64,000 bases of DNA from Fimicolochytrium jonesii. Lineage: Eukaryota. The stretch spans positions 1 to 64,000 of the forward strand of contig NW_026515694.1 in the NCBI RefSeq assembly GCF_025526975.1, given 5' to 3'. Below, piece by piece: positions 23,632 through 37,800 of this stretch. Numbering within the stretch: position 1 is the stretch's first letter; every line of letters begins with the position of its first letter. The notes under the pieces were generated by a model. It was not told the origin of the DNA, searched no databases, and was given only the letters and a program-made list of their open reading frames with translations. A program made the translations under genes and the position numbers.

Positions 23632-23999
23632 ATTTGGACGATCGACATATGGAAGTTTCATCTAAACGGCGTACAATCATACAAGTAGAAATCAATGTAG
23701 ATAAAGAGTTACTGTTACCCTCATCTTTTCTGTTTCGCACATATATATAGGCAGGACCCATATGTAATGTAGAAGAGCACTTACAAATACATGTTCAGAA
23801 TCTCATCGCGTTTCGTTCAGAGACCGACTCCGGCGGATGTCAAAACCATATTGGCTCTAACATCAGCGAGGTATCGCACCGTCCCTTTTCCCCAATGCCT
23901 AGATCTAATACGTACGACTAGCCCCTCCACCACCTTCTATTCCTTCGCCCCTCCACAACCGTCTCAAACTCCCTCACGATCCGCTCACACTCCGCCCTC

Positions 24000-26464
24000 T
24001 CAAACCCACTCTTCCTCCCCGCCTCCTCCCACCACGCCTCCTCAACAACCCTCACCTTCCTCCTCTGCCACCACCTCCTCCTCCTCGGCATCCTCGGCCT
24101 TCATACACCTTCTTTGCACGCTTCCGTTTCGCCGCCTGCCTCACAGGCCCCTTTGATCCAACACCCCACGCCGGTCGCCAACCCGCCAAGCGCTTTGATG
24201 AGGTTAAGACACCCGATGAGCAGGCCGAGGAAGCACCCGAGGAAGAACCCGAGGAAGCAGCCGTTGCATCGCGCATATTGGACGGGGGCGACGGAACACG
24301 TCGGCGAACCCGGCCCACACTCCGACGGCGATGTGGCGGAAGCCTTCGACGAGGCCGGCGCCAAAGTTGTTGATGGGTTGCTCGTGCGAGTAGCGGTCGT
24401 AGAGGAGCGGCAAGCGACGGAGGAAGTCGCCGACCTCGATCAGCGTGTAGTAGTAGTAGCCCACTGTTCGATTGGAGAGAAGGACGGTGGGGGTGCGCGT
24501 CAGCCACATTCAAAGATCATCCTTACCGTCCAACCCGATCCCCCCCCCCCCCCCCCCCCCTCCCAAAAAAAAAACACTCACTCTCATAAGGACACCACGC
24601 CAACCAACCGACAGCCAAAAACCCCGTCCAAACCCCCACGAGCACCCGCGCAAACGCACCACCCCCTTTCTCCCCTTCCCTGCGCGGCCTGCCGGGAGAG
24701 CTGGAGGGTGTGTTCTGGCGCGTAGAGGGAGGCCGCGTAGGTGCTGTTGAGGTCGCTGCGGAGGGTGGTGGATAACGCCAGCGAGGCGTGGAGGGCGGCG
24801 ACACCGGTCTTGATGCCGTTTTCCTACGCCCTCTGGTTTGCGATGTGTTGCGCGGCGTGGAGGGTGGCGGGGGAGAGGGCGGTGGTGATTGCGGCGGCGG
24901 TCAGGTCTTTTGCGGGGACCGGGAGGGGCCCCGGCTGTCATCTGCGAGAGGGTGTGGGTGGGTGAGTTTCGTGGTGAAAAAGTGGTTCATCCCCCGAATG
25001 AGACAACCCTTACCCGATAGACCATAGCCCCCCAGAAGACCTGATCCCCGGAAAACGGCACCACCACCGTCGGCTTCCCGCACCTCAACCGCGCACTCAG
25101 CGTCCCCGCCCCTCCATGATGCACCACTTAGGGGGGGGGGGGGGGGGGGGGGGAGTCGCTTGGTCCAGAAAGTAAAAGCCGGTGATTGCTACGTATCTCG
25201 TCGCAATGAGAAAAGAAACTATGACCCCCGTTTAGCGAAAATGGTGCCGGGGTCATTCTATGCAAGAACTCACCGATATTCGGGCCCCCAATCCACGGGC
25301 TTCGGAATCAAACTCGGACTCCAACAGGACGTCCACGGCACCTGCAACTACTCGACGGTCTCTGTGCCCTGCTGCACGCTCAACCCCCTCAACGCCAGCA
25401 CCTCCCTCCTAAACTCATGGATCACATCCCCGACTCCCAACCACGTCACCGTATCCGCGAACTCCGTAGCTCATCCTGTTGACGAGCTTGTGGACGGGCT
25501 CGCTGTGCTCGATGTGGGTGCGCGGAACGAGATCGTGCGCACCCCACGGCAACCGTGAACGACATGTGCCGCGGGATGCCGAGCTTTTCGGGGCAGTGGA
25601 TGTGCCCGAACGAAGGCGGGTTTGGCGATGATCACTGCCGCGCGGAACGGTTCGCCTATGCATTGCGAGGTCTTCATCACCGCTCGTTTCGAAAAGAACC
25701 CATGAGTGATGTTCCCCGCCGTACATACTCGTCTCGTCATCAGCCTCCCCGCAGCTCTTCCAACACCCTCTCAAAATCTCCCGAATCATCTTCCGCTTCG
25801 AGCCGATATCCCCCTTAGCTGGGTGTAGGCCTTTGTTTTCCACCGTGAAGGCCATCAGCACCGCAGGGTCGCCGCTGATCGGGTAGAACTCGACCTCGTA
25901 GCGGCGGATCCACGTGCGGAAGGTCTCGTGCGTTGCTATCCGCACTCTGGGGGATTCGTAAGGGGTTTGAGTTACATGCACCGGGGTGATGTTACTTGAA
26001 TGCCACCTCACCTATGTCCATAAGTCTGCAGCTCCTTCGTCAACGCCGAAAACGGCTGCACGTCCCTGCGACTCCCCACGATCTGGATCACGATATTCAT
26101 CATCGGCACCGACACGTCCGTCCGCGTCTCCCCATTCACTTGCGGAGACGCCGACGGGGGTACGCCGCCGCCGCCGCACATCCTCCGGGCGACGCAAGCT
26201 GCGCGGTTGCCTGAGGGATCCGGCGGTGCTGCTGGAACAGTTCCGTTCCTCGAAGGAGTCGGACGGCACGACTTCGGCTGGTCCTGCATCGTAGGGTGGG
26301 GTGTTGTGGGAGGAGGTGTGCGAGAGGCGGGGGAGGGAGAGGAGACCGTCTTGTTGGAGATTGACTTCGGAGGTGAGCTCCACGAAGGAGCTGCTTTGGA
26401 TCGGTCGCATCTTTGGGAAGGTTGCCCGTCTGACGGCGTTGGGAAGAGGACGGAGCGCCCCCAC
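24000..26464 (-). pseudogene. Sterol 3-beta-glucosyltransferase-like (GT1/Glyco_transf_28) pseudogene
   Basis: MNIVIQIVGSRRDVQPF...GHR/VRIATHETFR...FYPISGDPAVLM motifs; several frameshifts; part of the C-terminal domain appears to be missing. Confidence 0.8.
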
Positions 26465-28739
26465 GCACCCTGGAGCGGATCTATCGATGTTTTCTGGGGA
26501 CGAACGCGGGCGGACTCGTTGGGGGATTTTTATATATCGTCGGCCCGCAGATGCGAAGACACATGCAACCCCGGACGTCCCGAGCGCCCCCCATGGCCTA
26601 CATCACTCTGTGTGTATTTGGGTGACGGGGGCTAGTCTGAGGGTATGCGTATATCGAGTTAGATTTGGGAATGTGAATAGCACAGTGTTTGCAGCAGGAT
26701 GAAGGTCGCCCGGACGTCGGGAGTTCCGCTCCCACCTGGGTTGCGCTTCCATGTCCATGGTTGCTCGGCGTGAACCTGGCTTTGACGCCGAACGAATATC
26801 ATAAAGGTCCGCGAATATGTTTGCCAGCAATGATTGTCCCTTTCTTTGGTTGTTGGGGCGGGTTGTGGCTTTTGACAGTGACGGGATGTTTGACGAGTGA
26901 ATTCGACAGCGCGACTTACATAAACACCCTTGAACGAGTATCGCAGAAGAGAGGATGAGATACAGTATGTACACGCGAGCCCCGACAGCCACGAGGGTAT
27001 GTGTTTTGCCCCGCTTCTGGAGACTGGAGGCCCGACAGCCCCCGGAGAACCGTATAAGCGACATAAGCGACATCGTTCTTTCTTCCGTGGGGTCGTTCAT
27101 GCATGCGAGAGGCGGGGTCACGTGACCTCACCGCTGATAACCGTACTCTGTATGTGGAAGAGGGTTTCTGGACTGAAAGGTGGTTTCAAGATCAAGACAA
27201 GTCACGCAGATGTGGAGCATCTGAGCACAGCCCCATCTGCCCAAGGACAACCCTGCCCGTCGAACGGAGCAGCCGGCAGAGACGAGAGCACCGCCGTTAC
27301 CCCTGTCATCCTGATTGCCTGTGGAACTCTTGGTGGAGACCAAAGTACTCTGTGGAGCGGCGACAACCGAAGATGATATGGCTGGTTTTGGAAGTCAAAA
27401 GGTGGAGGGAGTCTAAAGTCGTGACTGTCGCTCGGGATGAATCGCATTCGCCTTGCTGCAGGAGTTCATGGGACCCACTGTGCTAGATCTACGGCCACCT
27501 CCCGAACAACGGCCGAAGTAAGCATATTCGACCAAAAGCTGGGACGAAAACCGAAGCAACGTCCCAGCACGGTATATCCAATCTCGTGTACGGGCAAACG
27601 TTCCAGGGAGCTCTACGCATTGTTGGTCGATGCGCTGGGTTTTCAGACAGGATCAACCCCTATGCATTGCGCAGAGGAGGTGCGCAGAAGGTTCAGCTTT
27701 ATGGCGACCCACATCTCCGGCGGTAATGTGAGAAGGATATACCAAGCGAAGAAAGATGTTTGAGACAACCTACCGAACCGAATTGGTACCGTACGGTACG
27801 ATTCCGGGGCGGCTCATCACGCGCAGACTGACGGTGGATTGCGTTCACTGGATCAACTGGTTGGCCAACGAGAACATACGGTCATGAGAACAAAGGGTCA
27901 GAACCATGTCAACCACGCAATCATCGCGAACTTCCAGCGAGCATTCCCCCAACGAAAATTGCTGGACGGACTCAAATTTGGAGAGTTGAGAGCAGCTTGG
28001 TCAAGGATTCGAGATGGAACACAAAGGTATGAAGGAGCGTCTGAGTGCCCTCGAACTCCACAAAGCGACAGTAGTTCGAGTCTCTTCCGCCGTTCACTCC
28101 GATGGACAACAGCGACGAAGGGGTCCGTGTGGCATGGGGGTTAGCCTCCAAAAAAAAACGGCGCGGGGATGACCGAAATCCCGTCGGCTGGCCTGAGATG
28201 GAAGACCTTATCTGACGACAAAGCAGCACGAAGCGCTGAAGAAATGCGCTTATCCGCAAAGCGCGCTTCTCCCCGATGACGAATTGGTATTGCTCGCGAG
28301 AACGGAGACGTCAAGGGGAGAGATCTGCCGAGGCGTTCGGGAACGGTCCCAAAGTGCCGCGAAAACCACCCAGCCTACTTACCGGTCGCGAAGAGGCCAA
28401 GATTCAATTGTCGCTTTTTTGTGCACCGCGGGCGGAGTTTATGAGGAATCCGCTACCGTCCGCAGCCTCTGGAAATGTCATCATTTGAACTGCCGGGACT
28501 CGGATGCAGGCTGGAGGTCTGTCGGGCTTCCACTGTATGCTCATGATGTGGCTATTCTCGTGTTTTTGGTTCAATGCAGAATTGGTGCGCCACCGTGATG
28601 GGACTTCTGCGGCGACTTTTGATATGCTACTACCCTTACGACACTTGTGAATAAGCCCTTGAGCATGTCTTGCCATGTCACCTTTGCGCGACATGCTCAA
28701 CGGCTTATGCTATGACCGGACGCCGCCCCGAAGGTGGAG

Positions 28740-29260
28740 TTGTGCACACCTTGGAGGAGACTCGGGAAAACTCGAAGCACTGATCTGGGCAAGCACGTCA
28801 ACGCGGACCACCTCAAAATAAACCCTTCGTGTGCAGCGGCTATGACTGCGCAGCAGCGTTTCCTCGAAGCCCTGATCTCGAAAGACACATCAACGGGGTC
28901 CAAGAGGAATCAAAGCCTACGTGTGCAGCGGCTACGACTGCGAAGCGGCGTTTAAGAATATCGAATTTCCACACCTTGGAGCGCCTGTGAGAAGGTCCGC
29001 TTTTCAATGCGCATTGATAAGGATGTTCGGTTTTCGTGTCCGCGCTTGTAAGCCGCCTTCGTTTAAGGGCCAGGTCCACCATCCCAGAACGAGTCGAAAC
29101 AACCGCTTGGGGTCCACATTCCATCATACAGCCCCGGAGGCGTCTGCGTGGTGTGTGGGGCCACCACATCCGCTGCGTGGAGGACGGGTATTGTCAATGG
29201 TGTCAAGACAGCCCGGGCTGCTTGCAACAAGTGTGGGCGCGCCCAAGCCTATCTTGATGC
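28740..29260 (+). pseudogene. Decayed zinc-finger gene: tandem C2H2 fingers followed by a GATA-like finger
   Basis: Across frameshifts: DLGKHVNADH-KPFVCSGYDCAAAFPRSPDLERHING...AYVCSGYDCEAAF; then CVVCGATTSAAWRTG...ACNKCG. Confidence 0.7.
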
Positions 29261-32200
29261 CATCGCTGCCATCCCGGGCAAACCCGTCGTCCCCTCCACC
29301 ACTCTCCCCGCACCCACCACACGCCTCACCCTCCACCTCCCGGCCCGCCCTCCGACCATCCCAACCCCCGTCTCCGCCGCCCGCGAGCGCATCCTCAAGC
29401 TGCGCGACGTCTTTCAGATCCTCGGAGTCCTAGAGACGCTTGCCGATATTTATGGCCAAGAGCGCAATGCAACCACGCGTGCTCCAACCCAAACCGCAGA
29501 CACCCAGCGTCTGTCTACCGAAGGACAAGAGTATCCACCCGCATCGTCCACAGTCTTCACGAACGCTTCGGCACCCTTCTTGCCCAAGCTGGCGCGATCG
29601 CAGATATACGCCTCTACCAGGCCTACCCCCCCGTCACGACGGTGTCGCCGAGCGCGGCCGCGCCAATAGGAGTCCGAGAAAACGATGCGCCGCACGCGAG
29701 CAACGAGAACCAACCAGGTTCGCTACCATTCCTCTTACACATGGATATCAGCGAACTGATCTTGAGAATATCAAGGACGACGTTTTCGCTCTCCGGGCAA
29801 TGGACGTATCTTCGCAGCGCTGACGCCAGTTCTGGATGGACAGATAGGGACGATCCACGGGCGCAGTGGGTGATCAAGGGGCTATGGTGGGCTTCCAGGA
29901 TGGACTCGAGAAAGAAGGCGGTGCACTCATTGAAGAAGTTGAAACGGCAGCACAAAGAACAACTGAGGGCGGTTCGAAAGGAGGCTGCAGCAGAGGGGGA
30001 GAAGAAACTGCGGGAGGCTGAGAGGCGTATTGCAGAATGCGAAGGGCTATAGGTCACACTATCTTAGGGCGAGCTTCGAGGCGATCCCGAGCTTTGTGGG
30101 CCGCTATGGGGAGGCCGACGACCTCGTACGAGAGATGCGGTCTTTACGGGTCCCGTTGAGCGTAAGTTTTCCCTTTATAAGGTGGCACCCATCCTCGCCG
30201 CGCCTCCCACCGTCGTTACTCGCGGACCAGCGGGGATCTCGCATGGTGCCGCCCTCCGTAACCCGGCGTTCGAGGCATACAGTACATGGCCTCAAAGAAG
30301 TCGCGTCCCGGACCATCACAAGCGTCACATGCATCATCGAGGTCCCTATCCGGATGGGAGGCATGCACGGAGAATTGGGAGATCGACCCATCCCGGAATG
30401 GAGACTCAGAGGAAGGGAAGCAGCAGTTGGTTGGTAGGAACCATTTCTTTCGGCATGCATGCTGTTAAAAGTTCGTTGCCAGGGGAGACGCTATCCGAAC
30501 TGCATCACAGTGAATTCAGGGACGCAGTGGACGATATCAGCAGACATCCACATTAGTGAGTGCACACGGCTGCTAGTAACGCGCAAGGAAGCACCCATCG
30601 GGGATAACGTCCAATCAGCGTTTCTCACTACGGGAGGAACCCTATCAGCACTATGCAACTAGTACTCAGCGATCTACAAGGATTGCACCCGGAGAGTGCT
30701 TAGAGAAGACTTGCGGGAGTTGCGTGGTGCCTGCGAGTGGGTTGTCGTTTGGCGTTCGTTTTTTTGCACATCATGGACTGCATCAAGGAACCCTACCTGG
30801 ATTGTGCAGCTTTTGGGGAAACGGTCTCCCCCACCCAGCGAGGAACCGTCCGACGTTCAAGCTCGCAATGAGCTTCCACCCACCCACCGCAGCGACAAAG
30901 GCGATGGTATGTTCACCTGAATTGAACGATGCAATCCGTGTCTATGCCCAGGACCAGTAAGTAGGTTGAAAGTCCAAGTGAGGGAGGGAGTTATCGAGCG
31001 ACAAGAACGGCGACCCAAAAATTCGACTGCTCGGCGGAGTTCCCCCAGACACTGCATTGTCTCGCGTCAGGCAACGTTTGACAAGCGTTTGCAACCGGAG
31101 GCACTTTTGGGTCTACGCGAAAACAAGCTCTTCGACTGTTTCATCATCTCAGACCTACAGTACAGCAACACACACGGCAACACGAACAACGAGCGAGTCG
31201 ACACCGATGGATACGACCGAACACGAAAGCAGGAACAAAGCGGGTGCAAACCACGTCTATGGACCGCAACAGCCACGGCGAGAGTTGGGAGAATCGTGGG
31301 GGTGATGCTGGGGAAGCTGGCGAGCATGAAAATGACAGGCTCGGTGAGGATAGGATCGAGAGTGACTCAAACGAGGAGAGGGACGACAGTGACCATCCGC
31401 GACCCCTCTCCAATTGAGGCCTCCGGATGGGTCGGACGGCTGCCTGCTCATGGCCTGCCACTGAGTGGAGTGCTCCCCCCAAAACACGAAGGACGATCGA
31501 TGTTTTGGCGCCCATCACCTGTCACTGCAAATCCTGGAGGTCGAAAGGGGGCCGGGTAGGATGCAAGGGGCGTAACGGGGAGTACGACGGTGGCGACAAC
31601 TGAATCAATCGACCGCAAGGATACCCGTCCGTAAGGGACGGCCACACCGGATCACAAACTCCATCTCTCCGCATACGATGCGCATTCGTGCTCATCCTAC
31701 ACATCGCGGAGGACTCTGGTTGTTCCGGGTTCCCAGGCACCACTGGGCGGCCTCGCGGCGACTTCTCCGAGCAAGTCCTGCACGGCGCCCGTGAGGTCTG
31801 TCTCGTAATTGCGCAGATGAACCGCTGGCGACGTACGACTCGTGTGGGCTGCGTGTTTCCAGCATCCTTGGCAGCAAGGGTCGCCTGCATGAAGGGCCCG
31901 CGCGAAGATCTGCGTTGTCGCCGACCGTAACCACCTCCATTTTTCCGTCGTGAATGCGGGCTACGAATCCACATCCCATTCGAGATCGGAACCGACATCT
32001 TTGCTTTCGAGGATGTCGGCGAGATCGTGGTGCATTCAAGGCGGGCACGGGATTGCATTCAGGAGGAGTACCCACACCTGATCCAACCTCGATTCCCTGC
32101 GCCCGCAGCCGAGTGACATACATGCGTATTCGGAGAGCCTCCAGAAGCCATCCTCCCGCGCACATCAATATGGGCCAGCGACATATCTATCCCTTATGAT

Positions 32201-33792
32201 GGGACGGGCATGCAAGAAGCGTGGGCTGCACGGACGCGCTGAATGACGCGGAACTCGGATGGAGGCGACCGGGAGAGGCATCATACATCTCATGCAGTCC
32301 AGCAGAAGTCCGAATCGCCACGGCCAGCCGCTTGTCTGAACAACCCCCTCGGCGCCGGCACGGGTGCGGAATGCGTTGGTAGCGCTTGTATAAGCTGCGG
32401 CGAGACTCCCTTTGCAGCCAATCAGGCCAGTCGTCGGGGCTCTGTCTTTCACCTTCGGCGGTCGAGTAGGTGCGTTGTTTGTGCGCGAAAAATGTGGTTT
32501 AGGACTTGATGTTGCTGGAAGCTCAGTGCGCACATACGTTCGCGCAGTCGCGTCGCTTTTACTGCGCGTGTTCTTCCCAGCCTGGCCGCCCGCGCATTGC
32601 CAGAATCTTGACCCACCATCTTGCAATTCAAAACCCAAAATCACTCAAACCCAACCCAGCATGGAGCAGTTTTCCAGACCCACTCAACATGCTGCCGGAG
32701 AGTACCCTTGGTCAGATCGCCAGAGTTTGAATTGGAAATCTGCGGCTGGAGGGTGACAGTAGATGGGAAGGGGCATAGTGGGCGCACAGGCTTGGTGATG
32801 GTCGACAGCGCAGGCCCCTTGAGTGGGGTTCTTTCTGTAATGTGTATGTGATATCTATAACACATCATCAAACGAGCAGCGTGCAGAGGGGGGTCCACAG
32901 GGGAAAGCCCTGGTGGGGGTGCGGGGTGAACCCCACTGTTGATGAAGTGTAGTATGGTGGGGTTCTCTTCCCGCAGCAAAGTGTAGTTTGGTGGGCTACG
33001 GATCAGGTGGGCGAAGTTGGCAAACCCCACTAAACTGCACCCATACCGCCATCGTCCCTTCCCGCCTAACACCTCTCCCAGACTCTCCGTTCTTCAGAGG
33101 CTTCCACCTTGCCCGACTTAGATGGATGCCATTCCACCTTCTAGAATGACCCACGCTCTTTCCATGTTTTGCTACATACGCCCATTGTCACCCAGTGGCC
33201 GGTCAATGTCTATGGTGGCTATGGACTCCTGGTTCCCCTTCCGCGCGTGCGAAAGCGCGTTCCTTGCTCGGCCGACGCTTGTAATGAATATGAGAGTTTG
33301 TCTTGAAGATTTTTTGTGGCGATTACACATTCCGGCCCGCTCTGCAGACTTGGCGAACGGTTGCTGTGCACTGGAGATGGCCAAGACGGGCGCACGCAGG
33401 ATAGCAGCAAGGACCGGAGCACAAGGGATGGACAAGCGCTCTACGTGGGTGGCCTTGCGAAGCTGAGTTACTCTGTCCGTAGGACGGCAAAAACGTTTCG
33501 TAGATTATGTTCCGCAATTTGGAAAAGCTTTCTTACGTTTCCAAGGGGGAACATGAAGGTTGATCGCCCACGGCGTTAGGCCAATTGCACTTAAGTTTCC
33601 GAGGGTTCCTTTTTTATTCATATGAACAATCAAAAGGGGAAAAGTGGGTGTCTCACGGGACTTTTTCGCTCTCCCCGTCCCCGTCCGTCAGCCTTGTGTT
33701 GGAATATAACCTCTGCCGCGTGTGCCTTGGACGGCAATTTCAGTTTATTGCTAGGGAATGGAGATACAATTGTATATGTAGTACCTACCATT

Positions 33793-34164
33793 TTATTCAT
33801 GATACGGGCAAGGCCGCGGCCTAGGACAGGTTTGTCCTGGCCGCGATGATCCTCGCCCAAAAATAAATCCACAAAACTCGGGCTTAGCTGCAGTATTGCC
33901 AAGGGTGCGCTGTTCATGATAGTGACAAGGTCGTGGCCTCCCGCAGGGTTCTCCTTGCCGGGCTGACCCCAACCCTAGTGTACTTGGACATCTCGTCGTG
34001 TCCGTGGAAATGAGGGAGGACTGTTCCCGGTGAGCGGGAGACGAATCACCCGGAGCACTCGCTGTAACGGAGCACTCCGACTGCGTATAGGATTCCTTCG
34101 CTGACGTTTGCGATCTTTGGTTGGGATGAACCCATGCATCCGGGGTTGATGCACAGCAACCCAT
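33793..34164 (-). CDS. Small (123 aa) MGCC-start protein with two CxxxxGxGSxRxGxxCxRxRPCxYH motifs
   Basis: Open ORF with an internal repeat; N-terminus and motif resemble both termini of the adjacent GBP. Confidence 0.75.
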   Translation of the reverse strand: MGCCASTPDAWVHPNQRSQTSAKESYTQSECSVTASAPGDSSPAHREQSSLISTDTTRCPSTLGLGSARQGEPCGRPRPCHYHEQRTLGNTAAKPEFCGFIFGRGSSRPGQTCPRPRPCPYHE

Positions 34165-34382
34165 TGTTGATGTACCGTTAGTCGGACAAGGGTAGCAAAG
34201 AAACCTCCGAACAGTCAGCGACCCGCCACTAAATTTCCCGAGCTCCTTGATCCCAACAAGCTTGAGTTACATCAACATGTATAACAGGATAACCCAAAAG
34301 GCCGACGGAACTATTCCACGTCCGAATATGACTTTTCACTGTGCTAGAGTCCGGGGGCGCTACCACTGGCTCACACGTCAAT

Positions 34383-36929
34383 ATGGGCTGCTGCGTATCT
34401 TCAAATGCAAGAGTGCAACCCAACAAGAACTCGGCGCAGGAAACAGCGGCGTCAGTTGCGCCGCGGTCAAAGGGCACAGTCGTGGACGGTGAGTGCTCGC
34501 AACACAACCATGTATATTATTGTGAAATTGACTTGGGCTTGTAGCGAACCCTGAGAGTGAACCATCTCCGGCCTACGCCGAACGGCCGTCGCTCCCTCTC
34601 CCAGAGATCAAGTCACATTACAACAATAAAGAAAATGCAGCGTCAGGCTTAGCCTCGCCCTTGGGCTCCTTAGATGCGCTTGGTCCTCCATCCGGTCGGG
34701 TCGATCCAACGGAAGGACGAAGCCCGTTGCACCCGAAACCAATTCAGTTCATCAAGACGACATTGGCCGGTCCCAGCCGAACATTTGAAGTGACTTCGGA
34801 GGCAACCGAGCTTCTGCAGGGCATTAACAAAAATGTATCGGTGATAGGAATTGCAGGAACTTACCGGCACGGGAAGTCTTTCCTGATGAACCAACTTTTC
34901 GGCACCCAATCTGGTTTTGAGCTGGGACCTCTTGCCGAAGGGAAAACCCGGGGGTCCTATTTATGGGCTTTCGAGCAAGCGGACAAAGATGAGGTCTTGC
35001 TGCTGCTTGACTTCGAAGGCCTCAAAGACACGGAGAACAACACGGCTGCGTATGACCTGCAGCTGTTCAGTCTTGCGGTTCTCTTGAGCTCATGTCTGAT
35101 TTACAATCAGATTGGCAGTGTTCTAGATGCCGCTCAGATACAAGATCTCAGGTGTGATGCCTTGAAACGATGTCATCAAACGCAAAAATCACTCAAACTC
35201 TTTGACTCAGCTTCATTATAGACTTGACCAAGCACCTTCGAACTAAGAGCGGAGAAGAGACCGGTGCTGATTTTGATAAACACTTCCCGAGCCTGATCTG
35301 GGTGATGAGAGACAGTGTGTTGGAGCACGTATCCATCGACGGGAAGGAGCAGACAGACGATGAGTATTTCGCTAAACAGATGAAAGAGGAGCCAGGGTTC
35401 AGTCAAGATGTCGACAACAGAAACCGTGTACGCCGACTCATCAAAACGGCGTTCAAGCGACACTATTTTCGACGTCTACCCCGTCCCATACATAAGGAAA
35501 AGGCGCTTCGCTACATTGATAAGGCTCGGCCGGAACAAATTCGTAGCCTATGGTATACTTTAATGGATTCTCTGCGGGAGTTGGTCTTCTCCGTCACGGG
35601 ACCAAAAGAACTCTTTTCTTCCGCTACCGACACAGTCACAAAAGTGAACGGGCCTGGTAGGTTTTCGGATTTCGGGCTTGGTTTGTTTGTCCTGCGGCAA
35701 AGATCATTGGCGGAAACTAAATTGCAAGTATCCAGCATTCCTCCTCATGACCGAGTCGTATATAACAGCTTTCAATCGAGGGGACGTCCCGAATATCAGT
35801 AACACATGGGATGTTTTGTGCGAAAACACCCGCAACAAAGCACAGGCGGAAGCCCTTTTGAAATACACCGAGCTCATGAGCAGCCATGTCCTTCCAAAAT
35901 TCCCCGTGGATATGGACACACTTTTCGAGAATCACTCGGCGTTCCAGGAGCAAGCCATCGGCCGATTTTGTGAAGTCATAATTGGAACTGACATAGAGAC
36001 ACATGTGAATAAGCTAAAGGTATATAAAACACTGCGGCACTTGCACGGGGGTGAGAAAATCTAATTCGAACGGGGATGCAGGGTTTGCTCGCGCAGTACG
36101 ACGAGGAAGGGGTGCTAATCAGCGGCGAATACCATCGATATGTGGAGATGAACCGAAGCAAGAGCCGCGAGCACTGCGATGTCATCCAGGCACGCATATG
36201 TGCCGCCCTGGAAACGAAGATTTCGAAGAAGGCTTTTGCTTCCTACGCGAAATATGAAGCGGCTGTAGAAGCAGCTCTCAAAGAGTATGACACTCTGAGC
36301 GTCGGGCCGATGGCCATGACAGTGAGAGAGACTCTTCAGCAGACCTTGGCCAGAGGCTCCGAGATGCAGGCTCTGCACTTCAAGCTTGATGAGGCCGGAA
36401 AAGTTGCCGCGCGGGAGGTGATGGAGCGTCAACGCCTGGAGGCCAATTTCATGAAAATGCGTCTGGATAATGATCAGCGGGAAAAAGGCCACCGCGATCA
36501 GCTACGGCAGCATATTGCTGCCAATGCGGCCCTGGAGGAAAGGCTTGTGCGAGAACACAGGTTGTGGGTGCAAAAGCACCAGGAAGACCTCGATGAGCGC
36601 GAACGTAAGTGGAAGAAAGCTCTAGAAAACCGGGACGCTCAGGCAGAAATGCATCGGACTCAGGTATTGTATGCACCATGCCTACCGTGATTACGCGACT
36701 TCCGCGCTCACGCACAATTTGACAGTTTGAAGATCTGAAACGGGAGATGGAGAGAATGAATCACATTAGGCAAATGGAATTTGAGGAGATTAGGGCTCGG
36801 CCTGTCCCGCAGATAACTTTTGAGCAAAGCTTGCCTCGGTGGGGCGTTTGCCAAGCTAGACTCGGGCGAGGATCAACACGGCCAGGAGAGCCCTGTGGCA
36901 GGGGAAGACCATGTCAGTATCATGGATAG
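34383..36929 (+). CDS. Guanylate-binding protein (GBP/atlastin-like GTPase) with MGCC N-terminus, helical/coiled-coil region and C-terminal Cys/His motif
   Basis: Exon 1 34383-34488 splices in frame to 34545; G1 IAGTYRHGKSFLMN, KTRG, G3 LLDFEGL, LLSSCLIYN, G4 WVMRD. Confidence 0.92.
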
Positions 36930-37800
36930 CATTCATTGATGATACCAGCTAGCGATCCTCGCCCCTGTTCGACTGCAAGTTTTGCATGGGATTGGGCCGG
37001 CTTGTAACTTGCTGGCGGGGAGGGGGGTTAGGTCCAGCTGCTGTGGTGTGCTCAGCTGAGGCTCGTCCACCCGAAGATCCTGCCGCGTGTAATGTGTTAA
37101 ATCAAGATTTGAAAGTGCCATCCAAAAGCAAGTTGTCTATATTTGTGTATATTCTGTGGAGCGGTTTTAGGAAACTACTCGGCTTCGCTGGTTTGTGTCC
37201 ACCTGCGGCGGTTTAGTTCGCAGTTCGTTCTATGAAAACATCGTTGCCCCGGAGACACGTTGGACTCAGGCCAGGCTGGAAGTGCCGTGATTTAGTAGCG
37301 CAACATATTGTGCGTCGATATTATCATTCCCTCCGGCTCTGGGGAAGTCCCGTTCTATCATGTAGATAGATGGAATCTGCCCCGCACTCCATGGACTCAA
37401 TCACCGCAATGATTCCCACTCAGACAAGAAAAAATCCGCATGCTATTCTCCACACGTCCTCAGCGCCAGCGACAGCGTCAGATACAAGATATACAAACGA
37501 GCGGGTGGGGGATGCTACAGTACACATAGATTACAGAGAGTCGTGGAAAAAGGGGAAGTAGAAGGTACAAGGGTAGTGAATTGTTTTGGATTGGGGGATG
37601 CGCGGCGGGGTGGGTGGGGGGTACGCCATCCGGTGGTCAGGGTGTGGTGGTGGGAACATACAGTATATACGCCGAAAGGGGGATCTCGGTTAGGGTGAGA
37701 GAGACAGGTTACTGATGTCCAAGTAAACGCGGAGAGTGTCCATGTGCGCGAATGTGTAAGAATGTTACGCCGCGTTTGGTAAGTGTCGCGGTTGGAGAGT

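Noticed and set aside
20845..25155. Long G/C homopolymers (~20850, ~24540, ~25130) as element ends
   Set aside because: Similar runs recur in introns and intergenic DNA across the window with no shared flanks.
30100..30960. Possible 2OG-Fe/TET-like or transposase remnant (His-rich fragments)
   Set aside because: Motifs are too short and fragmented to support a call.
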